Assembly: GCF_000497125.1 (NCBI RefSeq)
Contig: NC_090598.1
Span: forward strand, 62,001 to 126,000
Reading direction: 5' to 3'
DNA: 64,000 nt
Source: Spironucleus salmonicida
Lineage: Eukaryota
A model generated the notes under the pieces. That model was not told where the DNA came from, did no database searches, and saw only the letters and a list, made by a program, of their open reading frames with translations. A program made the position numbers and the translations under genes. Of this stretch, positions 51,643 through 64,000 are shown piece by piece; within the stretch, counting starts at the first letter, position 1; the number at the start of each line of letters is the position of its first letter.

Positions 51643-52926
51643 TCAGACATCAACAATCTCGCACTGGCAAAGCTCACCGATCTCACCGATCATGTTGTTG
51701 TTCTTCAGCCAGTCGCCGAGCTGGATTTTACATTCGCTCTCGAATTGCACTTTCGCATCACCCTATAGACTCGTAATTCGGTCTTGAATCTGCGAAATTT
51801 TCTTCACCCTATCCTCCAGGCTTGTGCTAAAAGGCGCGTGGAGCTGAAACTCGAATTTTGCGTTTTTCTGATCATGGAATGGAATAACATGCGTGACAAA
51901 GTCTTGGATTGGCTGGATTTCTGCTAAAAAGCCGTAGCCAAGTGGCCCATTCATCTTGAACTGCTGCCAGGAATTGACAAGAAACTCGTCTAAATTTGCC
52001 TTTTTGAGTATAGTTTTCATCTCTTTTTCGATGATGTTATTGGGAGCGCATTTAAGGCTCACGGAATCTTAAATACAGTAATGACTAGCGTTTGCGAAGA
52101 TCTTCAAATCGTCGCATTTTTGAATTTTTAGGAACTTGCAGTTCGTGGAAATGATACCATTTTTACTGCTGCTGATACTCAAAAACTTGGTTGCGGGTGC
52201 GTAAATTTTGATATTCTTGCAGTTAGCGATTGTGATTTGCTAGGCGTTAAAAACATAGAAAATAGAGTTTTGTGTGTTAAAAATTTTGACATGAGTGTTG
52301 GTTACACAATTAATAGCGAATGCACGCTTTTGAAGGTTTGAGTAATTAGAAGTTTGGGAAGTAATTTCCGAGAAGCTTGAGACTAAAATAGAGGACGCTT
52401 ATAATAAATTTTACGCTTTTTGAAGGTTAAGTTTTACTGGATCGGATATTTCTAGGAAGGCTTGAAGGTCAGTTGTGTATTAAGGCTTGAATGGGAGCTG
52501 AGATAGGTCAAGTTTTTCGACAAATTCAGTACCAAGAGATGCCAGTAGGACATCAAAATAAGTCAGGAGATATGTTTATAATAAGCCTTCAAAAGTTTGA
52601 TTTTACTAAACTAAAGAGTCTTCCGATAATATTTTTTGTCTTCTTGAAGATACGGTTGATTTGAATAGTATGCAAAATAAGAAAACTACAAAGTTTCCTT
52701 TTAATTCTTCATAAAGTTAGAATAATGCTAAAGCTTCTTCTTCTTTCAGTCCACAAAATTAAACAGCAATTTAGTTCCAAGCACTGATTGTGAACTTTTT
52801 AGATGGGCAAGCTTCAGCAGCTTACTAAATAAGATATGATATAGAGGGTAAGTTATCAATGTTTAAGTTTGTTTTAGGGTGAATTTAAAATAAAGTGTTA
52901 ATAAACACATCAGTCTTCACCTGCAT
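51643..52926 (-). CDS. Tubulin-binding cofactor C domain protein, TBCCD1-like (427 aa)
   Basis: Beta-helix pattern HVKIFNTQNSIFYV, ITIANCKNIKIY, LKIQKCDDLKIF and CAPNN; C-terminal QLGDWLKNN. Confidence 0.75.
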
Positions 52927-53177
52927 TGAAAATTTGTATAATATATATTACTTGTATAATAATTATATATTATTACAAATAGTATAGATAATATTTTATT
53001 TGATATATATTAATTTAGACTGATACTTAGCTATTTTAATTGATACTTATAATTACTATGATAAAATAAGCCCATAAGTTATTTATATAAACCACAAAGT
53101 ATAAACACGAATATTATATCGTAATAGTTTAATATTATGAGTAATTATTACAACCAAATCAATCGCCTTTCCTTCAA

Positions 53178-54485
53178 ATGTCTAAGATCATTAAGATACA
53201 TTAGCGCATGATCATTGATTCTCGTGGTGCCCCTACCACTGAAGTAGAAGTCACTACTGCCGACGGTACCTTCCGTGCTGCCTGCCCTTCTGGTGCTTCT
53301 ACTGGTATTTATGAAGCTCTTGAGCTTCGTGATGATGATAAAAAGAACTATTTTGGAAAGGGTGTTTCTAAGGCTCTTGATAACATTAAGAACGTCATCA
53401 CCCCAGCCCTTCTTGGTATGGATGTTTGCAACCAGGAAGCCATTGATGCAAAGATGTAAGAACTTGACGGCACTGCCAACAAGACTTTCGGTAAGCTTGG
53501 TGCCAATGCTGTTTTACCAGTTTCCATGGCATGTTGTGTTGCAGCTGCTGCTCATAACAAGATGCCCCTATGGAAATGGATAGCAAAGATTTCTGGTACC
53601 GAAAAATGTTGTCTCCCAGTTCCCTGCATGAATATTATCAATGGTGGTAAGCATGCCGGTAATCAGCTTGCTCCCCAGGAATATATGGTCGCATCAATCG
53701 CTGCTACCACCATGGTTGAAGCTATGAAGTAAGGTATGGAAGTTTATAACGAACTTAAGAAGATTCTTAAGGGTCGTTTTGGCATTGGTGCCATCGCCAT
53801 CGGTGATGAAGGTGGTTTCGCTCCCCCCGTCAATAACTGCGAAGAACCTTTAGAATGTATCATGGAAGCCATCAAGAACGCTGGTCTTGAAGGTAAAATG
53901 GGTATTTGTATGGATGTTGCTGCTTCTGAATTCTATGTTGAAGATAAGAAGATGTATGATCTTAAGTTCAAGAATGGTAATGACGAACACCAGTATATCT
54001 CTGGTAAGGACCTCGCCGCCATGTATGTTTCTTGGGCTGAAAAGTATCCTATCGTTTCTATTGAAGATCCCTTCGACCAGGACGATTTCGAATCTTATGC
54101 TCATCTCCTTGCTACCATCCAGTCTAAGGGTCTTAAGACCCAGGTTGTCGGTGATGATCTTACCGTATCTTAGGTTTCCCGTGTCCAGATGGCCATCGAT
54201 AAGAAGGCTTGTAATGCCCTCCTCCTCAAGGTCAACCAGGTTGGTACCGTGATGGGTGCTATACACGCTGCTAAGCTTGCTATGAAAAACGATTGGCATG
54301 TTATGGTTTCCCACAGATCTGGTGAAACCGAAGATTGCTTCATTGCCCATCTTGTTGTTGGTCTTGCCACCGAGCAGATCAAGACTGGTGCCCCCACTCG
54401 CTCTGAGCGTACCTGCAAGTATAATGAACTTATGCGTATTGAAGAATGCGGATAGCTTCCTTATGGTTGTGGTATCTGGAAGTGA
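53178..54485 (+). CDS. ENO: Enolase (435 aa)
   Basis: [47 protein letters not shown] and SHRSGETED; continuous only if TAR=Gln. Confidence 0.98.
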
Positions 54486-54537
54486 TTTACTTCTCGTTTT
54501 ATTATTTATTCTATTCTATTATATTTTCTATTTAAAA

Positions 54538-55380
54538 ATGTTTCCAAACATATAATTCAAAAAACCGTATTGGGAGGCAAAAGACACACCAATAGAACTC
54601 ATAAAAGAAAAGGCAACAAAGTATTATACACCTACGTTGAAGTTGGCACCACTTAAATTTTCACCAATTCCCAGGAAACATATACGTAGTCATTTAGCTT
54701 AAACATAGCCTGTTTAATTTAAACAAGACTACAGTTAGCGTGTATAATTTTTATAAAAATCAATGAAACTTGATCTTGACACTTAACGGTCTTAGCTGCC
54801 TCAGGTAATCAGTTTTAAACCTGATTATGGTAGAGTATCAAATGGATAAAAAATAGCGCAAAACATTAAAAAACAAACCTGGTAAAAATTTTGTACTAGC
54901 TAGAATGGCGAGTGCTTGGAAACTGTAAATTGGATGAAATAGCAATAGCATTTGGCAGGTATAGTGGGAATTAAAGTTGATACACACCAAGAGGGTAAGT
55001 TAGTTTATGAACATCAAGATATAGATATAAAAGACGTATAATTAGAAGTGGATCAAAATTTAGAACTAGTGCATGATGATTATTAACAAGAAGTTACTTT
55101 ATAGTAGATAACATTTGTGGAAATAGACGACCATGGAATTAAGCCTAGTTTATCACTAGAAGATATTACCTGTGATTTGTTAGAGATGTAAGAAAATCTG
55201 GAACTATATTAAGAAAATGATATGACAGCTACTCTGATTAGGGTTCCAATTTCAAATTAAATTAATTCATTAGAACACAATTTATATGCAGAATTTTTTG
55301 ACTTTGAAATAGAAACGATTAAAATATATTAAAATATATAATAAGTATATTTTGATATTTTTGAATTTACGGTTGAGTGA
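54538..55380 (+). CDS. Hypothetical protein (280 aa)
   Basis: MFPNIQFKKPYW...EFTVE*, ending in AGTGA. Confidence 0.7.
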
Positions 55381-55410
55381 CTTATTATACTTTAATTTTA
55401 TTATTTTATA

Positions 55411-55602
55411 ATGAACGATATTTCAAATCTAGGATTCAAATAGAAATATTCACTAAACCCGAAACTTTATGATGAATAACTAGAATGTTTCACGCTTAAG
55501 ACTAGAATAGATGATTTAGAAAATTCTTACAACGAATCCCTTATCAACAATACATTTTTAATTCTCTAAAAATAGATAAAACAGGATCTTCTCAGAAAGT
55601 GA
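55411..55602 (+). CDS. Small hypothetical protein (63 aa)
   Basis: MNDISNLGFK...DLLRK*, ending in AGTGA. Confidence 0.5.
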
Positions 55603-55636
55603 TTTCCGATAAATTTCTAAGCATTCTAAAATCTTA

Positions 55637-58600
55637 TCACTTATCAAATTCGCTAAACGCAGCGAACAACAAACAGTCAGCTAGATTAAAACCTTCAACA
55701 CCATCAAATTAGTAGTCAAAAACATCTTTGAAGTAAGATGCTAGCTGCGCTGTTAAATCGATTTTCTCACCATCTAGGGCTAATATAACAATTTACTCAG
55801 ATAATTCTTATAGCTCAGATTGTGGTTTTAAGCTAGAGATTCGATTAAATACTTCCTTTGATGACTTAAAATCGGGTATTTACGTTATAATTTGTGAATT
55901 TAAGGTAAGAATTTCGTAATATTAATTTGATTATATAACTGAAATTTACTTACACATAAGCGGCTAAGGAGTAAATTTAAGTGGTTTCAGTGTTGCTAGA
56001 ATACTATGAATTGACTATAAATTTTAGCAAGTAGATACCATATCACTAAAGCTCTATCCAATATTCTGAATGATGGAAGTTAATATATCTATATTTATTT
56101 CGGTTGTTTTTGCAGAGGTATTTATTTACTAGGTTAACCAACAAAAATTATTGATAATTTCATCTAAAATTGATGTTTTATCATCGATTTTATTAATTTA
56201 TACTAATTAGTAAAGAGCTAGATCAGGGGTTATTGGCGGAAATTGATCAATTTGACACTCATTTCTTATATACAAATATTAGACATTTTCGTTATAAAAG
56301 TTGATGAAATTAATTTCATCTTTCATACATTGTTCCGTAAGACACTCAAAATTGTAGATCTAGTTGTTATATTTATCTAATAAATTATTTCGTATCGTTA
56401 AAGTCATATAACTTAGACAACATAGTTTCTATAAACTTCTAGCATGGGTTCTGATAAAATCTGTCATTTTTGCATGTTTTTCACTATAAACAAGAAATCT
56501 ATCAATTTTTTACTTTTCCTGGAATTAGTAGAAAAGTTTCTCACCAGTAAAAATATTGTCTCGTCTATTCTTCTTTTTTAGTTTGCTTACAATATCTTCT
56601 AACATTTCAACGTTATTTTCTAAACCAGCTTCAAAACGTGAAACCTAGTTTGAATTTAACTAAAATTATATCAAACCTTCATTAGTATCTTCATCTTACT
56701 CATCTTTAGCTTGAATATTTTCCTTTTACTAAAAATTTTAACACACTAATAGTATTGCTTAATCAAAATCACACTGCATTATAAGCTATTCCAATGTCTG
56801 GGGAAGTGCTTGGTCATTAATTTATGAAAAGAATAATTCATACATTGAATTTATATAACCTACAGCACCATATTCAGTAAATCCTTTCACGTTGCAGATT
56901 ACATTTAACGAATTGGAAATTTAAGAAATTAAATAAATAAACCTATCCTATTCTAAGACAGAGAAATTTGATAAAATCGTGCAATATTCTCCATGCATTT
57001 TGTAATTATTAAATATTAAAGATGAGATAAAGATAAGAGAACAATAAATGATGATAAAGAATCTAAATGCAACAACGGATAATTTTTTTACGGAGAAATG
57101 CAAAGAATCTCCAGTTATATAATCCTTTATTAGACAGTCATAATGGAAAACCCCTCCAATAAGTTCAGTTACACCTGCTGCTTGAAATTCCTTCATCAAA
57201 GAATAATCTTCAGCAATTTTAAAAAATACTGAGTCTGTTGACATATTTAAAAGATAAATTACCATATTTTAAATAACTTCTTTAATAGGTGACTTTTCCT
57301 AAGCATATATATCTTCAATAGGTCGTATTTATCTAGTCTTTGCTACTTCTTCTTTAACTGAGAAATAATTAAATGATTAAGGTGAAATAAGAAATTTTAA
57401 TAATTTTTATTTAGATCGAGCTAATTTAGGCAAAATAATATCCAATGCATATTTAATTTCTGGACTATTAAGCGTTTTATTAAGTCTTCTACCATGAATT
57501 AAAATAGTACCAATAAACATAGCACTTTAATTTAATGTGTAGTGATCAGATTCAAAATTAATATCTATTGTTTTATTCTTAACATCATCATAAAATATAT
57601 AAAAATTATTTGGCACAGTTTCCTTTAATTAAACGAAGCAGAATGCCGGAACAATAACTCGTTCATCATCAGGAGTTCTGTTGCTTGAATTTTATCGTAA
57701 AATAAATTTATCTAACTATGGACACACACGTTAAAAATTTGATATTTTTTAGCTAACACCGATAATTATACTTATATATTAGCTGTTTTTTAATAAATCA
57801 TCCGTCAATTAATCATAATAAAGGTCAACATATTAAGCTAATATTGGTTAGAAAATTAAACTAAGTTTATCTTAATAAACTGTTTATTATAATATTTCAT
57901 TTTATTCTAAATTTTACTCTTGAATAATAGCTAGTTATTCTGACCTTAGCTTGTCAATTTACAATAGTAACTAGTCTTACAAATCTAGCTCATGAAATTG
58001 GGAAATAATATAGGATATTGCCTTGAAAAATACAGATTTTGCAATCTACAGTTTAAACTACTCATTTTTGTAAGATCTTTATGTTTATCCTATTTTTAAC
58101 TTTTATGATTATTAAGCCTCAAATGGGAAAAATTCTTAAATACGAAATCTTTCATTTAATGGTTCAATTTTTTAGTTTAATTTTTCTAAATCTTCTAAAG
58201 TGCATACATTTTTGAAAAGTTTGTGAATAAATTATTAAATGCGTTTAAAAACTTAATGACTTGATATTACATATTCACCTTCTTAAATATACATTTAAAA
58301 CTATTAATCAAATGTCAGTTACTACAATAAATATTTATATTATAAAAAAAGTGAGTCCAACTATTCTTTAACAACTTTCCATAAACAATTTTAAAACCCT
58401 AACTATGCATTTTTAGATATTGGACCTTACATTATCAACCAAGCTTTACATGGGGCAAAAATAGTCTTAGAACTAAATAGCTAAAGTGATAATTCAGATT
58501 TTTGAAGGAAATAATCTATATTTTAAGGGTCAGAGAATTCAGAAAAATCAAGAACTTAAACAACTTCCTCAACAGTCCTTGGAATAAAGTTAAAAAGAAT

Positions 58601-58981
58601 ATAATTTGCAGTATTTTAATAGATAAGAAGATTACTTTCAAGTGATTTCTTGGGATTGTCAATATCTAAGGTAGTAGAAAATTTAGCTGGAATGAATAAT
58701 TTGTTAGCAGGTTTGAAATTTTATGAATCTAGAAGTAAATCTCTGAATGTTTTCTACCATAAACTGATATATATTTTTGCTAGATTACCTTAATAAAATG
58801 TGTATTTTTCATCAATTGCCAGTGTTTATTCTGGAGTTTCTGTATCTTTTAATGGGTTCGTTAGTTTCAAATTTAATTTCTTTGCTAAGTAGTATATTAA
58901 ATTGTTATTAATACTATTGATATAGAGTGAGTAGTTTTTAAACTACTTGATCTACTAAAGTAGTTAGTCAAATTAAATCAT
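55637..58981 (-). CDS. Large hypothetical protein (~1114 aa)
   Basis: Single table-6 frame, which includes track ORF 56948-57265, from MIQFDQLL to SEFDK* (AGTGA). Confidence 0.7.
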
Positions 58982-59089
58982 ATTTGGTATACAAAAAATT
59001 ATCTAATATCATATAGTATCATAATTATATAATTTTTTGATATTTATAATTATATATATAATAGTTATTTATTCAGTCCGCAAATTTAA

Positions 59090-62000
59090 ATGTTGAGTAA
59101 GTCAATTGTTGAGGAAGCGGCTGTTAAGTCAGCTTATGTGAAATATTCTGATTTATAGCGAGAAACTTTTAATGAATCATATCACTTCGGTGTTGATACT
59201 GTAAGGTTTTAAAATTTGGTTTACGTCAATGAAAATACGATTCTTTTTGCTTCAGGAAACGCTCTACGGTCATTTTCAATGTTATCATAAACACTTACAA
59301 CAGTTCCTACCGATTTACCAGGAGGTATTATTTGCACAGCTCAAACTTTTGATAATTAATTTGTTGCTGTTGGATATTCAGGAAAAACAGGCTATGTTAG
59401 GATTTTCGAAATTATTGCAGAATAATAGGAGAATTCATTCCCTGTTGTTTTGGATAAGAATGTATTTTTTAAGTTAGTAACCGAAATTTAAGATGTTGCT
59501 CTTGTTGGAGTAGACTGCTTATCTTTTAATCATACAAATAATTTACTTGCAGTAGTTACTTCAGCACCAGATTATAATTTGATGATTTATGAATGGAGAT
59601 CGGCTAAGTTATAATTAAAAGCCAAAGCTTTTACAAATTCCGTATTTAGGATATAGTTTTGTAAATACACACCTGAACAGTTAATTACCGGTGGTAAAAA
59701 CCATATCAAATTTTGGTAAATGGCTGCAACCTTTACTGGCTTTAAGCTTAAAGGTGATTTGGCAAAGTTTGGTATACTTGATGCTTCTGACACAGTCGCC
59801 TTTGGTGAATTACCTTGTGGAAATTTTATTTCTGGATAGGGGACAGGTGAGTTAGCACTATGGGATTTTACATCTGTTAGATTAGTATATAGAAGAAGTC
59901 AAACAAAATAATGCCACGATGGAAGAATCGAATTTTTATAAATTGATGCTACTGATATTTGGACAACTGGAAACTAATAATTAGTATAAACTTTAGAACT
60001 GTGTGGCATACCTTAGTAATCTGATGGGTGGTGGGAATAAGTTCCTGAGGAGAATACAAAAGGTTAGGATTTGAAAAAACCATTTCCAGTTATAGTAACA
60101 GGAGGATCTGATGGTTATATTAGAATTTGGTCAGGCCATGAGATTATGCAGTCTTAATTTATTGAAAAAGAAGATGCTTCTTTATACTATGATATTCAGC
60201 CAGTTGAAGAAATTTTCATTGGTAAAGGTGTTATTGTAAGAAATATCATATTTTCAACAGATAAGACTACAGCAATAATTTAAGATGCTGGATTAGGTGG
60301 ATTTATCAAAATGAACATCGCTGATCGTACATTTTAAAGACTGTATTATGGTCATGCGGGGCCGGTCAAGGGCATCGCATTTGCTAATAGTTCTACTTCA
60401 CTTAATCCTTCTAATGAGTCTTGTAACTAATTTAAAGCAAGATCTAATCTTGTTGCGACTATTGGTGCTTCTGGTGCAGTATTTTTACATGATGTTATTT
60501 CAAGGAAGTTGGTTGCCACTAAAATAACTGCATAGTTAGATGCTACTTCATGCCACTTTATTCATAATACTCTTTGCCTTGTTGTTGGTTATGAAGATGG
60601 ATCAGTTCGTTTGTTTTCATTATTTACAGAGGAACTGGATGATTAAGCTGAGTTACTATCCTTAATTACTGTTTATCGTTGTTTTAAAACTGCTGTTACC
60701 GATATTACATGTTCAGCAAGAGGTGTTATAACTCTAATTAATGAATAAGGATAAATATTTTTAATAGATACTAATCTTTGTTTAGTGAGAAAAGAAGAAA
60801 AGATATCTGCTGCAGATTAGAATTAGGTGAAACTTAATTCTATGGCTCAAGGCTTAATAAATGTAGTTGTTGATGGAAACCAAGATGAAGAGACCAAAGC
60901 AGCTACAGAACTGGCTCGAAGAAATGCAAAAGGCAAATTAGGTATAAGCAGCTAAGATGTACATCCGATTTGCTTAATTGATTGTTGTAAACTTATATTT
61001 GGTGAAGAAACAAGTAAGCTTTTGAAATTTCCAATTTGGATAGACGAGACACATATATCATTTGTAGTATCAGGTGATAGAAAAAGCGATAATCGAATGG
61101 TTATAGTATAAGTTCCAGCAATTGAAGAAATTATTTAGTATAGAAGCTCACATCCTGAATAAGTTTTATAATCAACTTTATTTGGTGAATCTGAGCACTC
61201 GCTTATTAGTTTTGATATTACTGATTTTATACCCAAGTAAAATATTAAATTTGTTAATGTTCATGTTCCCCCTAGTCAGTTACCAGGTACCAACGAAGGT
61301 ACTGTTGCTAAAATTGAGCAATAAGTAGTTTCGAATAAAATTTAGGCAATGCTACCTTCAAAATCAGCGTTAGAAGATGCTATGGAAGCATTAAAATAAA
61401 TGGGAGGGGGAGATGATCAAAAAGAGGAAGAGGAAGAAGAGGAAGAATTAGATGATCTTGGCCAGCCTATTGAAAAAGATAAGAAAAAGAAAAAGAAGAA
61501 ACTAGGTATTTTAGATCCGTTAGATGAGGATTTAAAATAGTCCATTTAGTATGATTTTTAATAAGTATCTGTTACTAGGTCAGACGGATTTGTGTCAACC
61601 ACTGCAACAGAGGGATAATAATTGTAAATTTTGTTGGAAGTATTTGTAGATTAAGATATTTAAAACAGAGCTAAAAATGCGATGGATATGGTTAGAGCCC
61701 GTGCTGAAGCTGCCGCATTAGGTACTACGATATCAACTGCTGGTTAAGATGATCCATCTTTAGCTATGGCGTGTCTTGCTGTAGCAGATCTACGCGCACA
61801 GTATCGTTCTTCTATTTTGTACACATTTAGTTTGTAGGAATTAATAGAATATGCAAATTCAACTATTCAGTCTTTAACTATTTAACCAAAAATTTCTACT
61901 CCAATAGCAATGCCAGAAAATTTAATAGATGTACCTTTGTTTACGGAATCTATTATTGAAGATGATAATTATAAGATATAGAATCCAATTTCTGTGAAAA

Positions 62001-64000
62001 TATTAATTAAGAAGCCTCTTTAGACATATGCTATTGCGCTTAAAAATATTACGGAATTTTGCACATCCTAAACATAGAAATCAAGTATGTAATAGTATTA
62101 CGAAAGTAACTACGTACCATATGGATGTTTGTACTCTATAATTGAAGGTGGTGATTTAGTGGTTTAAACATTTGATAAGCTTGAAGATTTTGATTAATTA
62201 AATAATGAATCAGCAAAAGTATAGTTTTTAGATAGAAGATATTTATTTAGTATTGGATAGGTATAGACTGGTTTGAACTGTTTATAAATAGGATTTGGTG
62301 GCCATTGCATCGGTGTCGGAGATAATAGTGGTAATATGTACTGCATTTTTACTAATATTTTCAACAAATATATCGAATAAGAAATAATTGAGAGTTTGGA
62401 GAAACATATTAATGGGATTTCTTATTGCTATAAATAAGATACGCTATGGAGTACAGGAAATGCTGTAATTTAGCTTAATAGAGCTGTATAATATAAAGAC
62501 GAGGTTATTTCTTTATTGCCTGTAGGATCGTAAATAGACAAAAATGCTATTAATTAAGTTTTATGTGAAATAGAAGATTTTGTTTAAGTTAAAACAATAG
62601 AAGAAACCAGACTACAAGCACTCGATGCTGCTGATAATATGCGTGGAGCTGATTCTAAAGCTGGAGTTTAGGCTAAAATTGATTAACTAAAATTAAGATA
62701 TTAAGCTATGTTGAAAGAAAATGAATAGTAAAGCCAATCAAGAAGACTATAAGTCCATGAGATATCTCCAGATTTATAACTAACGAATGGATGGATTAAA
62801 AGAGAAGAAGCCAGAGCATTTGAATTATTATAGAACGAGCTAGGAGCTGTCATGAATAGTACTATTGAAAAAATATTTAATTTATAATAAGCTTTCCCTC
62901 TTATCGAGTTGCCACTTTCAGTTAGTTCTTTTTCGTCAGCTACTACTTCTGTTTAATCATTTAGATTGGTTCCATTGCCTAACGATTTTGAAAACTAACT
63001 TTGTAAAGGTTTAGGCGTAGGATCTTTATAAGAACTAGAAGAATTGTAAAATTCAACATTTGCTAACACTCTTAATTAGACAATGGATACTACGATGAGC
63101 AAGTTAAATGATACACTCGGAGATTCTATGATGTTATCAAATAATGAAGATTAATTGGCTTCATAAACAGTTAAACACAATTAAATTTAAATTAAAGCAC
63201 CAAAGTCACTTAGACCTGTTGATAAAATAGTTAAATAATTATTGAATGAATAAAAAGGAATTAAAACTGTAAATGACGATGGAGCTAGTGATTTTGATAC
63301 TAAAAAGGCTAGAATTTAGTAAAGAGCTCAATAAAGAGAAGAACGTATGTCTAGATATAGAGAAATTCTTGATAGAAAACCAGATCCAAGAAGTATCCAT
63401 CCGGATGACAGTGCTGTTATTCTATAAGCACAAAAGACTTTCGGAACTTTCCCACTTAAAATGTAGGATGATTATATTTCTATAATTTAAAAGCTATAAG
63501 AAGAATAAGAAAAAATCGCAATGTTGAATCCTTAGGATGCAATTTAGATTAATCCAGGAGAGAATAGAGAAGGAAAGTGGTTAGAATTCTTATTCACATT
63601 AAAAGGCCTTCAAGATGCAAAGAAAGAATTCAATTCTAGGGTTAGAGTGTTGTTTGCACATAAGTAAGCGGTTGTCAAGGCAGTTTCAATGTTTAAATAA
63701 GAAGCTCTTAGAATTTCAGCTCTAATCAAAGAGCTAGTTGGCCCTGCTATAGCGGATGAGTTAGATGCTATTCAGTCAGAAGAGATTAACCCTGATTATA
63801 TTATTTCGTTTATAAATCTTTATCCTGAAGAAGAGAAATTTGTTATTAAGGAAAAGATGATGACTTCTTGGAATAAATTCCTTGCAGATAAGTAAATTTT
63901 AGAGCATGTCTAATAACTTAATAATGATGAAGATAAAATCCATATATTCTTTTAGTAGCTCTAGTTAGAACTTGGTGATATTTTCAATTCTGATGAATTT
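59090..64000 (+). CDS. CFAP44: CFAP44/WDR52 flagellar WD40 plus coiled-coil protein (3' truncated by the window)
   Basis: APDYNLMIYEW, LKAKAF and HIKFWQMAATFTGFKLKGDLAKFG, a CFAP44 signature. Confidence 0.88.

Noticed and set aside
53275-54555. Overlapping and antisense track ORFs over enolase (similarly over RPSA, Sec61alpha, TOR and the SHIPPO gene)
   Set aside because: These are shadows of biased codon usage in the real genes.
1-64000. CRISPR arrays, prokaryotic defence systems, transposases, tRNA/rRNA genes and selenocysteine TGA read-through
   Set aside because: None seen. The DNA is eukaryotic, with no repeat-spacer arrays and no conserved domain found interrupted by an in-frame TGA.

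Overview
This is a very AT-rich, gene-dense and apparently intron-free eukaryotic region that uses the alternative nuclear code TAA/TAG=Gln, with TGA as the only stop (translation table 6). The supplied standard-code ORF track is therefore fragmented and partly shows antisense shadows. The code, very short intergenic spaces, C-rich motifs before ATGs and AGTGA motifs at stops point to a hexamitid diplomonad (Spironucleus/Hexamita-like; inference). Hand translation with table 6 gives about 40 CDSs, including enolase, RPSA/uS2, Sec61alpha, TOR, a Rictor-like protein, Polo-like kinase, RFC1, GlcNAc kinase, a DHHC enzyme, a HECT ligase, TatD, TBCCD1, CFAP44 and a SHIPPO-repeat protein. Main highlights: (1) a U2 snRNA candidate at ~9.13-9.29 kb; (2) a 970-bp inverted internal copy of Sec61alpha 21.6 kb from the gene, with only 3 differences (all synonymous) and a GC step in the gene that matches the duplicated interval; (3) unusual proteins: a multi-pass membrane HECT ligase, an RWD-TatD fusion, a degenerate ALG1-like protein with a Cys-rich tail, a LIMK/TESK-like kinase and a TAF7-like protein; (4) a micro-ORF and a two-hairpin RNA candidate. 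All family calls are motif recognition by eye, not database searches, and the longest ORFs were spot-checked for internal TGA rather than read codon by codon.
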